From assembly GCA_021846505.1 (NCBI GenBank), contig JAJZWV010000006.1, forward strand, positions 14,448 through 78,447: DNA of 64,000 bases, given 5' to 3'. The position numbers were made by a program, and so were the translations under genes. Shown here piece after piece: positions 18,122-26,190 of this stretch; within the stretch, counting starts at the first letter, position 1; each line of letters opens with the position of its first letter. The DNA is from Bacillota bacterium. Its GTDB lineage: Bacteria; Bacillota; Sulfobacillia; Sulfobacillales; JAIMBI01. The notes under the pieces were generated by a model. The model worked only from the letters and a program-made list of their open reading frames with translations, was not told the origin of the DNA and did no database searches.

Positions 18122-18925
18122 ATGTCGAAACACAGCTGGCAAGGGCACTTTGGCCCGGACGTCGTGTCCCGCACGTGGCCAGAATTTGGGGAAGTCACTG
18201 AGGTCGTGCCCGTCGCTGGCTCGGATGCGCGGGTCACGCTCGCCGGCTGGCCCAGCACGCGAGCGCTGGCCTCGAGCGGCGTGGTCGCGGGCGCATTTGC
18301 GCGCAGCAAAGCCGTGGCGCGCGTATTGGGCGGGCGCCCCGTAGGGCCCCTGCTTACCTTTCGCCCGTTTCTGAAGCTGGTGGTATTTGTGCCCCGCAAT
18401 GCGGTGGACCGCGTGCGCGACGCGCTGGTGGCCGCGGGAGCGGGCAGCGTCGGCCCCTATACGCATATGACCTTCGCCGCCGCCGGGGCGGGCACCTTCC
18501 GGGCCACCGGCGCGACCAACACGCGCGGGGGCCGGGAAGGCCGCATCGAGTACGTAGATGAATCGGCGCTGGCGGTCATTTTGCCCACCTGGATCGAGGA
18601 GGAGGTGCTGGCGGCCATGAAAGCCAGCCACCCTTATGAAGATGCTGCTTTTGACCTGATTCCGCTGGCTAATCGCCTCACCGTACCGCAGGCTTATCTA
18701 GGCGAGGATGGCACCGTGCGGACGGCGCTGGTCACGGAGGAGCTGGCATCCTGGGCCGTCAACACCGGGGTGGACCGCATTGAAGCGGAGCGCACCGACG
18801 GCGACAGCCGACTGGAAATGGCGGAGCGCGGCATCCGCGTAGGCTTGGTGCCGCTGGGCACGTGGACGGTGCCCGGCCTGTCCAGCATCTTGGCCGAAGT
18901 GTCCCCGCCCGGCGGCACCCCATGA
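18122..18925 (+). CDS. NIF3/YqfO-related protein retaining mainly the PII-like insert domain
   Basis: KLVVFVP..VRDALVAAGAG.VG.Y..GTFR..HPYEDAAFD motif; position directly upstream of rnhA. Confidence 0.65.
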   Translation: MSKHSWQGHFGPDVVSRTWPEFGEVTEVVPVAGSDARVTLAGWPSTRALASSGVVAGAFARSKAVARVLGGRPVGPLLTFRPFLKLVVFVPRNAVDRVRDALVAAGAGSVGPYTHMTFAAAGAGTFRATGATNTRGGREGRIEYVDESALAVILPTWIEEEVLAAMKASHPYEDAAFDLIPLANRLTVPQAYLGEDGTVRTALVTEELASWAVNTGVDRIEAERTDGDSRLEMAERGIRVGLVPLGTWTVPGLSSILAEVSPPGGTP

Positions 18926-19338
18926 CCTCGGACTGGATTCTCTACTCCGACGGGGCGTCGCGCGGCAACCCCGGGCCGGCTGGCTACGGCGCCTACCTGG
19001 TGGACCAGCGGTCCGGCGCCGCCGTAGAGCTGTCGGGCTACCTAGGACTCACCACCAACAACGTGGCCGAGTATCAGGGGCTGCTGGCGGGGCTGCGCCA
19101 CGTGCTGGCTCACGGCGGCGGGCGCGTCGCTGTGCGGGCGGACAGCCAGCTCATGATTCGGCAGCTGGAAGGGCGCTACCAAGTCAAACATCCTCGACTG
19201 GTGCCGCTCCATCGGGAGGCTATGGCGCTGCTGGCCCGCACTGCGGGCTGGACCGCCACCCATGTCCCGCGCGAGCAAAACAAAGAGGCAGACCGGCTGG
19301 CCAACCGCGGCATCGATGAGCATCACCGGGCGCCTTAG
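18922..19338 (+). CDS. rnhA: Ribonuclease HI
   Basis: SDGASRGNPG, TNNVAEY, ADSQL and HVPREQNKEADRLAN motifs. Confidence 0.92.
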   Translation: MTSDWILYSDGASRGNPGPAGYGAYLVDQRSGAAVELSGYLGLTTNNVAEYQGLLAGLRHVLAHGGGRVAVRADSQLMIRQLEGRYQVKHPRLVPLHREAMALLARTAGWTATHVPREQNKEADRLANRGIDEHHRAP

Positions 19339-19374
19339 GCGTCCTGACATATGGGCCGAAGGGAGATTCTGGGC

Positions 19375-20280
19375 ATGCGATGGCAGGCGCACACCTCACT
19401 CACTAGCATTTCCGATTTGGATCGCGAAGACATCGATCGGCTGATGGCCCTGGCGGGGCAGATGGCGGGGGCGCGAGCCCCCGCCATCAATACGCTCGCG
19501 GGCCGCATCGTGGCGACCCTGTTTTACGAAGTCAGCACACGCACCCGCCTGTCGTTTGAGTCCGCCGCGCTGCGCTTGGGCGGCCACGTCATTTCGGTAG
19601 CCGACGCCGCGACGTCCTCGGTAGCAAAGGGAGAAACGTTGGCAGACACTGTTCGCATGGTGTCCGGCTATGCCGACGCCATCGTGCTCCGGCATCCCGA
19701 AGCCGGCGCCGCCCGCGCCGCCGCCGACGCCCTTGACGGCCGCGTGCCGGTCATCAATGGGGGCGACGGTGCGGGAGAGCACCCCACCCAGGCAATGACC
19801 GATGCCTTCACGCTGCATCAGCACTTTGGCCGCTTAGATGGCCTCACCGTGACATTCGTGGGTGACTTGCGCTATGGGCGCACGGTGCATTCGCTGATGG
19901 CGCTGCTGGATCACTACGAGCTGAGGGCGGTGCAGCTGGTGGCGCCGGATGGCTTAGAGGCACCGGCCGGCGGCATCCTCGGCGGCGCACGGGTGGAGCG
20001 CATCGACTCGCTGGCCGACGCGGCCGCCAGCACCGACGTCCTGTACATGACGCGCATTCAGCACGAGCGCCTGCCGGCGGGCTCGTCGGCGCCCGCGGCG
20101 CTTCAGGTGGATCGGGCGGTGCTGGACGCACTGCCGGCAGAAAGCTTGATTTTGCATCCGCTGCCGCGCCGCGATGAACTGCCGCCGCTGGTGGACGAGG
20201 ATCCGCGTGCCATTTATTTTCGACAAGCCGCCAACGGCGTCCCGATGCGCATGGCGCTCTTGACTCATGCCATCGGCTGA
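19375..20280 (+). CDS. pyrB: Aspartate carbamoyltransferase catalytic subunit
   Basis: FYEVSTRTRLSFE, KGETLADT, HPTQ, GDLRYGRTVHS, TRIQ and HPLPR motifs. Confidence 0.95.
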   Translation: MRWQAHTSLTSISDLDREDIDRLMALAGQMAGARAPAINTLAGRIVATLFYEVSTRTRLSFESAALRLGGHVISVADAATSSVAKGETLADTVRMVSGYADAIVLRHPEAGAARAAADALDGRVPVINGGDGAGEHPTQAMTDAFTLHQHFGRLDGLTVTFVGDLRYGRTVHSLMALLDHYELRAVQLVAPDGLEAPAGGILGGARVERIDSLADAAASTDVLYMTRIQHERLPAGSSAPAALQVDRAVLDALPAESLILHPLPRRDELPPLVDEDPRAIYFRQAANGVPMRMALLTHAIG

Positions 20281-20307
20281 CGCGCCCAGCGGCGGAAACA
20301 TGTGGAC

Positions 20308-20336
20308 TTGAAGGGCAGCGCGCTGCCGGCTACACT
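20308..20336 (+). promoter_or_regulatory. sigmaA-type promoter for rnpB
   Basis: TTGAAG-N17-TACACT, 12 nt upstream of the RNA. Confidence 0.7.
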
Positions 20337-20347
20337 ATGTGATGCAC

Positions 20348-20722
20348 GCGAGTGGACACGACGGCCGCCGCGCCTCTGTGAGTCGCCTAGCGCCTCACTC
20401 AGCGAGGAGGAAAGTCCGAGCTGCACAGGGCAGGGTGCTGGATAACGTCCAGTGGGGGCAACCTTAAGGAAAGTGCCACAGAAAATAAACCGCCCGGCGG
20501 CAGCTGACGCGGTTGCCATCGGGTAAGGATGAAACGGTGCGGCAAGAGCGCACCAGAAGCTTGGCGACAGGCTTGCTTGGCAAACCCCACCCGCAGCAAG
20601 ACCAAATAGGGGGAGGATGACGCGGCCCGCCGACTTCCCGGGTTGGTCGCTCGAGGCGCCGGGCAACCGGCGCCCTAGATAGATGGTCGTCCACGACAGA
20701 ACTCGGCTTATGGTCGACTCGC
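20348..20722 (+). ncRNA. rnpB: RNase P RNA, bacterial type A
   Basis: GAGGAAAGTCCG, AGTGCCACAGAAA, GGCAAACCCC and ACAGAACTCGGCTTA conserved blocks; P1 helix GCGAGT/ACTCGC. Confidence 0.96.
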
Positions 20723-20770
20723 TTGTGCGTCAAGCCGACTTCTGGCTATCCAGAGGTCGGCTTTTGGCTA

Positions 20771-21493
20771 TCAGCCCCACGCTCGCTCAAAATACCCACC
20801 CGGCCCCAACACGGGCACCACGGCATACCTATCGCTCTGGGCGGCCCACGCCACGTCGTCGGCAAAGCCGCGGCCGATAAGTTCTTGACCAGAGGGGGTG
20901 CCAGCCAGCACCGCCGCCAGGGTCGGCTGCGCTGATTCAAACGCGGCGCGCGCCGCCCGCGCACTATCCCCCAGCTGACTCCAGGGCAGGTGGGCCGCGA
21001 TCGCCCCGACACCCAGCCAATCCTCCAGGGCCGGGCGCAAACTGCCGTCGGGCCACCGCTCGCCGGCGGCAACGAGCTGAACCGGCCCGCCAGCCGCGGC
21101 AGCCCAGCGGGCCACAGCCGCCGCATTCACCGGGGCGCCCAGCGCCACCTGAACCCCCGGGCCGCGCTGCTGCGCCGCCAGCGCGCACGTGGCTCCATTG
21201 GGCGAGGGCAGTACCACATGGCAGCCGGCCGCCAGGCGCGTGAGGGAGCGGGGCGACCCGCTTGGCTCAGATTCTCCGCGGCGCCCGGCCAGAACCGCGC
21301 CCACGGACCGCGCATAAGCCGCGGCCGCCGGTGCATCGCCCCAGCCATAGGGATGCACCAGCACCTCTTTGTCCAGCGCTGCCGCCACAGCCGTGGAAAA
21401 AATCAGCACGTCCGCCACCACGACGGCGGCCGGCGCTCCGCCGGCCCATATTCCCGCTGGACCCCACTCGCACTGTATCGGCCAGTCCGCCAC
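20771..21493 (-). CDS. 2-phosphosulfolactate phosphatase (ComB family)
   Basis: VVVADVLIFST, PSPNG and AAGERWPDGSLRPALEDWLGVG motifs. Confidence 0.85.
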   Translation of the reverse strand: MADWPIQCEWGPAGIWAGGAPAAVVVADVLIFSTAVAAALDKEVLVHPYGWGDAPAAAAYARSVGAVLAGRRGESEPSGSPRSLTRLAAGCHVVLPSPNGATCALAAQQRGPGVQVALGAPVNAAAVARWAAAAGGPVQLVAAGERWPDGSLRPALEDWLGVGAIAAHLPWSQLGDSARAARAAFESAQPTLAAVLAGTPSGQELIGRGFADDVAWAAQSDRYAVVPVLGPGGYFERAWG

Positions 21494-21559
21494 CGGAGCT
21501 CCCCCTTTGGAACGCCGATTGTAGCAAACGAAGTGGCGCGCCGCGATCAAGGGCGCCGG

Positions 21560-22033
21560 TCGGCTGTGCATTGGCATACTGCTGGATGTACCGGGACGGA
21601 AAACTGCGCGTTCTGAGAGAGAAGCTGCCGACGGGTACCATCATCGTCAAGCCACCGAAGGCGCTGCCCACGGGGCGTGTACGCCCGCGTGTCGTCGTCC
21701 GATCAGCGTTCGGATCTTGAAGGGCAGGTGGCGTCCGGCCTGAACGGCCATCGGCCTAAGCTGATGAAACTCCGCGCGGACCCATCGGGGGCCATCGTGG
21801 CGGTGGAGCACCGCGATCGGCTGATGCGAGTCGGCGCCGAGTACGTCGAGGCGGCCCTGGCCGCGCCACGACGTCGCCTGGTCGTGGTAGACCCGGGCGA
21901 AACCCCGGACGACCTCGTGCACGACATGATCGAAGTCCTGACGTCGTCTTGCGCCAGGCTGTCCGGCCGGCGCTCGGCTCGGCCCCGAGCGAACCGCGCG
22001 GTGAAGTGCGCCGCCGAGGCATCGGCGTCATGA
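21560..22033 (+). pseudogene. tnpA: IS607 TnpA serine recombinase, frameshifted
   Basis: MerR-like N-terminus (WMYRDGKL..LPTGTIIV) is in a different frame from YARVSSSDQRSDL..SGLN..VEHRDRLMR..DDLVHDMIEVLTS. Confidence 0.85.
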
Positions 22034-23018
22034 CCGTGAAGCAGGCGTGGCGGTGCGACCTGGCGCCAACGACGCGCCAGGCGAACCTGCTCGCGCGCGC
22101 CGCCGGCCCGGACCGGTTCGCGTGCCACTGGGCCTGGCCCTTTGCCGCGGCCTTCTTGGCACGAACCGTCCCGTCCCCAGCGAACCCGAACTTCACCGTC
22201 TGTGGCCCGGGTGCCAGCGGGAGAACGCGCCGCGGTGGTCCGAGGTGTCCCAGTGTCCCCCCAGGAAGCCCTGCGCGCCCTGCGGCGCGCGGTTGACCAC
22301 TTCTTCGCGTCCCGGCCAGGGCAAGCGCGAGCGCGCAAAGATTGGCTTCCCCGTGCCCTCCAGAAGGGCCGGGACGACCGCTTCCGCCTGACGGGCGCGA
22401 CCCGGGTCGGGCGTCCTGGCGTAAAGCTCCCCCGGATCGGCGGGGTGCGAACCGACCCGCCGACGGCGAAGTGCCGGGGGCGGTCCGCGGCGGGGCGGCG
22501 CGAGGCCGATCGCTGGCCCGCCGCGGACCCGGTGAAAGTTGAGCGCCCCGACGCCCAGCCCCACGCGGGCGGCCTCGGCGGCGGGGACCTCGGGCTCAAG
22601 GCGTTCGCCGTCCTCTCCGATGGCACCCTCGTCGTGCCCGAGCAGGCGCTCTCCCGGGCCCTCACGGCCTGGCGGCGTCGCCGCCAGGCCCACGCAAACA
22701 GCGTGGGGCCAAGAGACGGCGCCAGTCCGCGCTCTCCCGGGCTCGGCTCCATCGTCGTGTGCGCACCCGCCGCCTGGCGCGGGCGATCTCCGGGGGGCGT
22801 TTCGCCGCCTGCTCGCATACAAGGGCCCGTGGGACGGCCGGCGGATCGTGGAGGCCGACCGCTGCTACCCTTCCTCGCCGACGTGTTCCGACTGCGGCAC
22901 CGTGAAGGCGGAGCTGGCCTTGTCCGAGAGCCTCTTCCGGTGCGAGGCGCGTGAGCTTAAGACCGACCGCGATCTGAACGCGGCGATCAACCTGGCGCAT
23001 TTCACACAGGCGGTTTAG
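22030..23018 (+). pseudogene. tnpB: TnpB RNA-guided nuclease, multiply frameshifted and internally deleted
   Basis: AWRCDLAPT N-terminus, GDLGLK (RuvC-I), LAYK, PSSPTCSDCG zinc ribbon and DRDLNAAINL (RuvC-III) lie in different frames. Confidence 0.85.
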
Positions 23019-23175
23019 ACCGCCCGTCGCCCCGAGTTCCGGGGAGGCCTTAAACGCTCGCCGAGGCGACGCAAGACCCGTCGCGGGACCGATGCCGACG
23101 AAGCGATCATAGACCCTAGACATCAGAGACTGCGGGTTCAGGAACGGCGTAGTGCCATTACCCACCGGCGCAGCG

Positions 23176-23700
23176 ATGGGAAAAGCGGCCACGATGCTGA
23201 GTCGGCCTCAAACTCAGCGCCGGGCGAAACAATTTCTCCAGCGCGAACACCTGCGATGTGCGGTCCCGGTGCCGCTGTCTCCCCTCTGTGATCGCTTGGG
23301 GTTCGCGCTGCATCGAGCCGCACTGCCGGAGCCGCTGGCCGGACGGATCCTGCGCCAGGATCATCAGTGGTCCATCTATGTGGCGGGTGACCAGCCGCGA
23401 GGGTGCCAGTGCTTTACGGTCGCGCGCGAGTGAGGCCCCTGGGAGTTGGACTTGCCGGGCTCGACGCGGCCAACGTCGGTGGCTGCAAGGACAACGGCGC
23501 GGCTATGGCGTTCGCGCCGACCGGGCCGCCGATCTGCGGCAGCAAGCCGCCAATCACTTTTGGGCCAAGCTGCCGATGCCCCAGGCGCTGGTCAACGCGT
23601 GCGGGCGAGACTCCCCGGTGCCCGACGAGTTGGCAGAGCAGTTTGGCGTGACCCGGTCCGCCAAGGCCGTGCGGCTGAAGGAACCGGTGAGCACGGGCTC
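23176..23700 (+). pseudogene. ImmA/IrrE family metallopeptidase remnant
   Basis: FTVARE*G (degenerate RFTxAHExGH) followed in another frame by QAANHF..LPMP..LAEQFGVTRSA..VRL. Confidence 0.7.
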
Positions 23701-24140
23701 ACGGGCGGGCCAGGAATCCCGGCGCCCGATGAGCAGCCTGACTAGACCGCTCACGCAGTGAGGCTGGCGACTGCGTCGACCTGGACGCAGGAGCCCTAGG
23801 GAATGAGGCAGCGGTTGAACTCCCCAAGGAGCGCAGCGCCTCGAGCACGGCATCGCGGGCCAGCTCCTGTCACTCCTACAGCGCCGCGAGGCCACGGAAA
23901 CGCCGTTCCGCCTGTGGCCGGGGAACATTGCACTCTTTTCGTTCATTGGGGAGGTCGCTGTCGCGTTGCGCGCCCTCCTGACGTTTGGCCGTGGTCTCTT
24001 AAGATTCCCCGCGTGGGCAACCCGTGCTGGGCCAGGGAGAATACTCCGTCCACGCCGTCACGGCGCACATCGCTGCCGAGCACCACGAGCCGCTCGGCTC
24101 GCCTCTCGCGACCGACTCTGGCCGGGCCCCGCCAACACCG

Positions 24141-24172
24141 CAGCGGGGCACTTCTGTAGGAGTGCCCCGCTG
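24141..24172 (-). terminator. Hairpin closing the copZ-metallothionein unit
   Basis: Perfect 12-bp stem CAGCGGGGCACT/AGTGCCCCGCTG about 45 nt after the stop; weak U-tract. Confidence 0.5.
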
Positions 24173-24216
24173 GTCCGGGCCCACGGCCCCAAGCCCATAG
24201 CGCTGGAGCCCCGCGC

Positions 24217-24357
24217 CTACGGCGCCGAGCTGTTGTCCTTGCATTCGCAGTGCGCGCAGCTGCACATCGACCCGCAGTTGCAGTCGTGATCACATTGGTC
24301 GCCGCGGCAGTTGGTGCAGCAGCAGTGGCCCGCATCCTCCGTCCCGGTCGCATCCAT
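24217..24357 (-). CDS. Metallothionein-like Cys-rich peptide (46 aa; alternative ATG at 24384)
   Basis: MDATGTEDAGHCCCTNCRGDQCDHDCNCGSMCSCAHCECKDNSSAP: 11 Cys, 3 His, no aromatic residues; directly downstream of copZ. Confidence 0.7.
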   Translation of the reverse strand: MDATGTEDAGHCCCTNCRGDQCDHDCNCGSMCSCAHCECKDNSSAP

Positions 24358-24463
24358 CGCGGACACTGTTCGGAGCCTCGTCATCGTCGTCGCCGCCTTC
24401 CGCATCAATCTCGGGCACGCGGCTAGACTTTACCGCTTCACCAAAAACATGCGCCCGACTGCA

Positions 24464-24679
24464 CTAGGCGACGTGGTAGCCGGCCTCTTCAATGGCGTGG
24501 GCCAGCGCCTCCAGGCTGGTGGCGCTGGGGTCGTACGCCACGTGCGCCCGCTCCTCTTCCAGGGAAACCTTAACGGTTTCGACGCCCGGCACTCCTTCGA
24601 GCGCTTCGCTCACGTTCATCACGCAGTGGTGGCAGGTCATTCCCGTCACCTTGATGTCTGCTTCAGCCACGCTGGCCAT
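24464..24679 (-). CDS. copZ: Copper chaperone CopZ (HMA domain)
   Basis: GMTCHHC metal site, C-terminal AIEEAGY, AAAGGAGG RBS. Confidence 0.93.
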   Translation of the reverse strand: MASVAEADIKVTGMTCHHCVMNVSEALEGVPGVETVKVSLEEERAHVAYDPSATSLEALAHAIEEAGYHVA

Positions 24680-24768
24680 GTAGCGCCTCCTTTAACTTGC
24701 CTGCGAGCGGCGGGATCGCCGCCCTTACGCGCCAACCTCCTGCCGCTCGCGCCTCTTGGCTCACCGCG

Positions 24769-24797
24769 ATTATACCCCATGCGCGCCTGGAGTTCAC
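24769..24797 (-). promoter_or_regulatory. Probable copZ promoter with CsoR-like half-site
   Basis: GTGAAC-N17-TATAAT; GGGGTAT overlapping the -10 resembles half of a CsoR operator. Confidence 0.45.
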
Positions 24798-24907
24798 GCA
24801 CTGCCATTGCTATCTAGAGGGAACTGAGGCACGTTGTGCAATGGCCGGCGCAAAGTGCTATGATGGTCGGGGGGTTGGGGGCATGCGCCACCGAGGAGGA
24901 ATCAGCG

Positions 24908-25258
24908 ATGGCACTCGAACAGGACAAGCGTGACCGCGCGCCGGCAGGGGATAACGCCCACTGTCCCGTGGCGCTGACGGCCCGGCTGATTGGCGATCCC
25001 TATATCTTGATGATCTTGCGCGACTTGGCCAATGGCACGCTGCGGTTTGGGTCGCTGTCCGACTCGGTCAGCGTGAACCCGCGCACACTGACCGCCCGGC
25101 TCCGCCGCATGGAGCACGACGGGTTGGTGCAGCGCCACATGTTTGCCGAAATTCCGCCGCGGGTGGAATACACGCTCACCGAAAAGGGGCAGGCGCTCCT
25201 GCCGGTGGTGGCGGCGCTGCGCTCATACGGCGAGGCGTGGCTGGTCGACCCTGTTTGA
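24908..25258 (+). CDS. HxlR family winged-helix regulator
   Basis: CPV..TARLIG, LRF, L..RLR.ME.DGLV.R..FAEIPPRVEYTLTEKG. Confidence 0.92.
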   Translation: MALEQDKRDRAPAGDNAHCPVALTARLIGDPYILMILRDLANGTLRFGSLSDSVSVNPRTLTARLRRMEHDGLVQRHMFAEIPPRVEYTLTEKGQALLPVVAALRSYGEAWLVDPV

Positions 25259-25307
25259 CCACGGTCGCTGGGCCGCTGCTGCGCGCCGAAAGGACGGGAG
25301 CACCATC

Positions 25308-26126
25308 ATGACCTCAAGGGCGGTACCGCGGCGCCTTCAGCTGTCGATTATTCCCGTGGGCGCCTTTGATCTCGAAGTGGCCGCGCTGACGCCCGGCGAT
25401 CGGTCGGGCCGCCGGACAGCGGCACCAGTTTATGCCTACTTGGTGGACACCCCCCAAGGCTTGCTGCTGTTCGACACCGGATGCTCGCGCACGCTCATGG
25501 CCGATCCCCGCCGCATCTTGGGAGCCGGGATGGCAGCCCTCACGCCGATGATGGACGCGAGCCGAGACTACATCACGGAGCGCTTGCAGGCCATGGGGGT
25601 AGACCCCGCGGCCGTCGCCATGGTGGCCACCTCGCACCTGCACTTTGACCACGCGGGGGCCAACGCTGACCCCGCGTGGGCCGGCGCCACGTTTTTGGTC
25701 CAGCGTGCCGAGTGGGAAGCGGTTCGCAAGGCACCCCACCAGTATCCCGACCCGGGGCTGGCGCCGCCAGCGGGGGCCCGCCTCCAGCTGCTGGACGGAG
25801 ACACCGAGGTGGCCCCCAGCGTGACCCTGGTGTCCACCCCTGGACACACCCCCGGCCACCAGTCGCTCATGGTTCGGTTCGAACGTGGCGGCGGGGTGTT
25901 CATCACCAGCGACGCGGTCTACACGCGGGCTCACTACGACCCCGGGCATGTGGGAGCGGCTGTGGACCCCCAGCAGAGCGCACAGTCGGTGGCGCGCATC
26001 CAAGCCCTCTGCCAGGAGTACGGCCTGGTGCCGTTTTTCAGCCACGATCCCCATCAGGCGGCGGACGAAGGCTGGCAAATGGCGCCTTATGCCTATGCGG
26101 CCCATCCTTTCCCGACTAGCAGCTAG
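25308..26126 (+). CDS. N-acyl homoserine lactonase family MBL hydrolase
   Basis: LFDTG, SHLHFDHAG, TPGHTPGHQS, TSDA and FSHD motifs (AiiA-like). Confidence 0.8.
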   Translation: MTSRAVPRRLQLSIIPVGAFDLEVAALTPGDRSGRRTAAPVYAYLVDTPQGLLLFDTGCSRTLMADPRRILGAGMAALTPMMDASRDYITERLQAMGVDPAAVAMVATSHLHFDHAGANADPAWAGATFLVQRAEWEAVRKAPHQYPDPGLAPPAGARLQLLDGDTEVAPSVTLVSTPGHTPGHQSLMVRFERGGGVFITSDAVYTRAHYDPGHVGAAVDPQQSAQSVARIQALCQEYGLVPFFSHDPHQAADEGWQMAPYAYAAHPFPTSS

Positions 26127-26190
26127 ACTGCCAGGTTCGAACAGGACTTTCGGCGCGGAACGCGAATGCATCCCCTGAGGTGTGAGAGCC

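Larger units (their letters stand above)
21530..23147 (+). mobile_element. Degenerate IS607-family element (tnpA serine recombinase + tnpB)
   Basis: Adjacent tnpA and tnpB relics; right end resembles IS607 ends (...TCAGGAACGG). Left boundary approximate. Confidence 0.85.

Noticed and set aside
23141-23908. 10-bp inverted match GGAACGGCGT at 23141 and about 23899
   Set aside because: Too short to be significant at this GC content, and IS607 elements do not use terminal inverted repeats.
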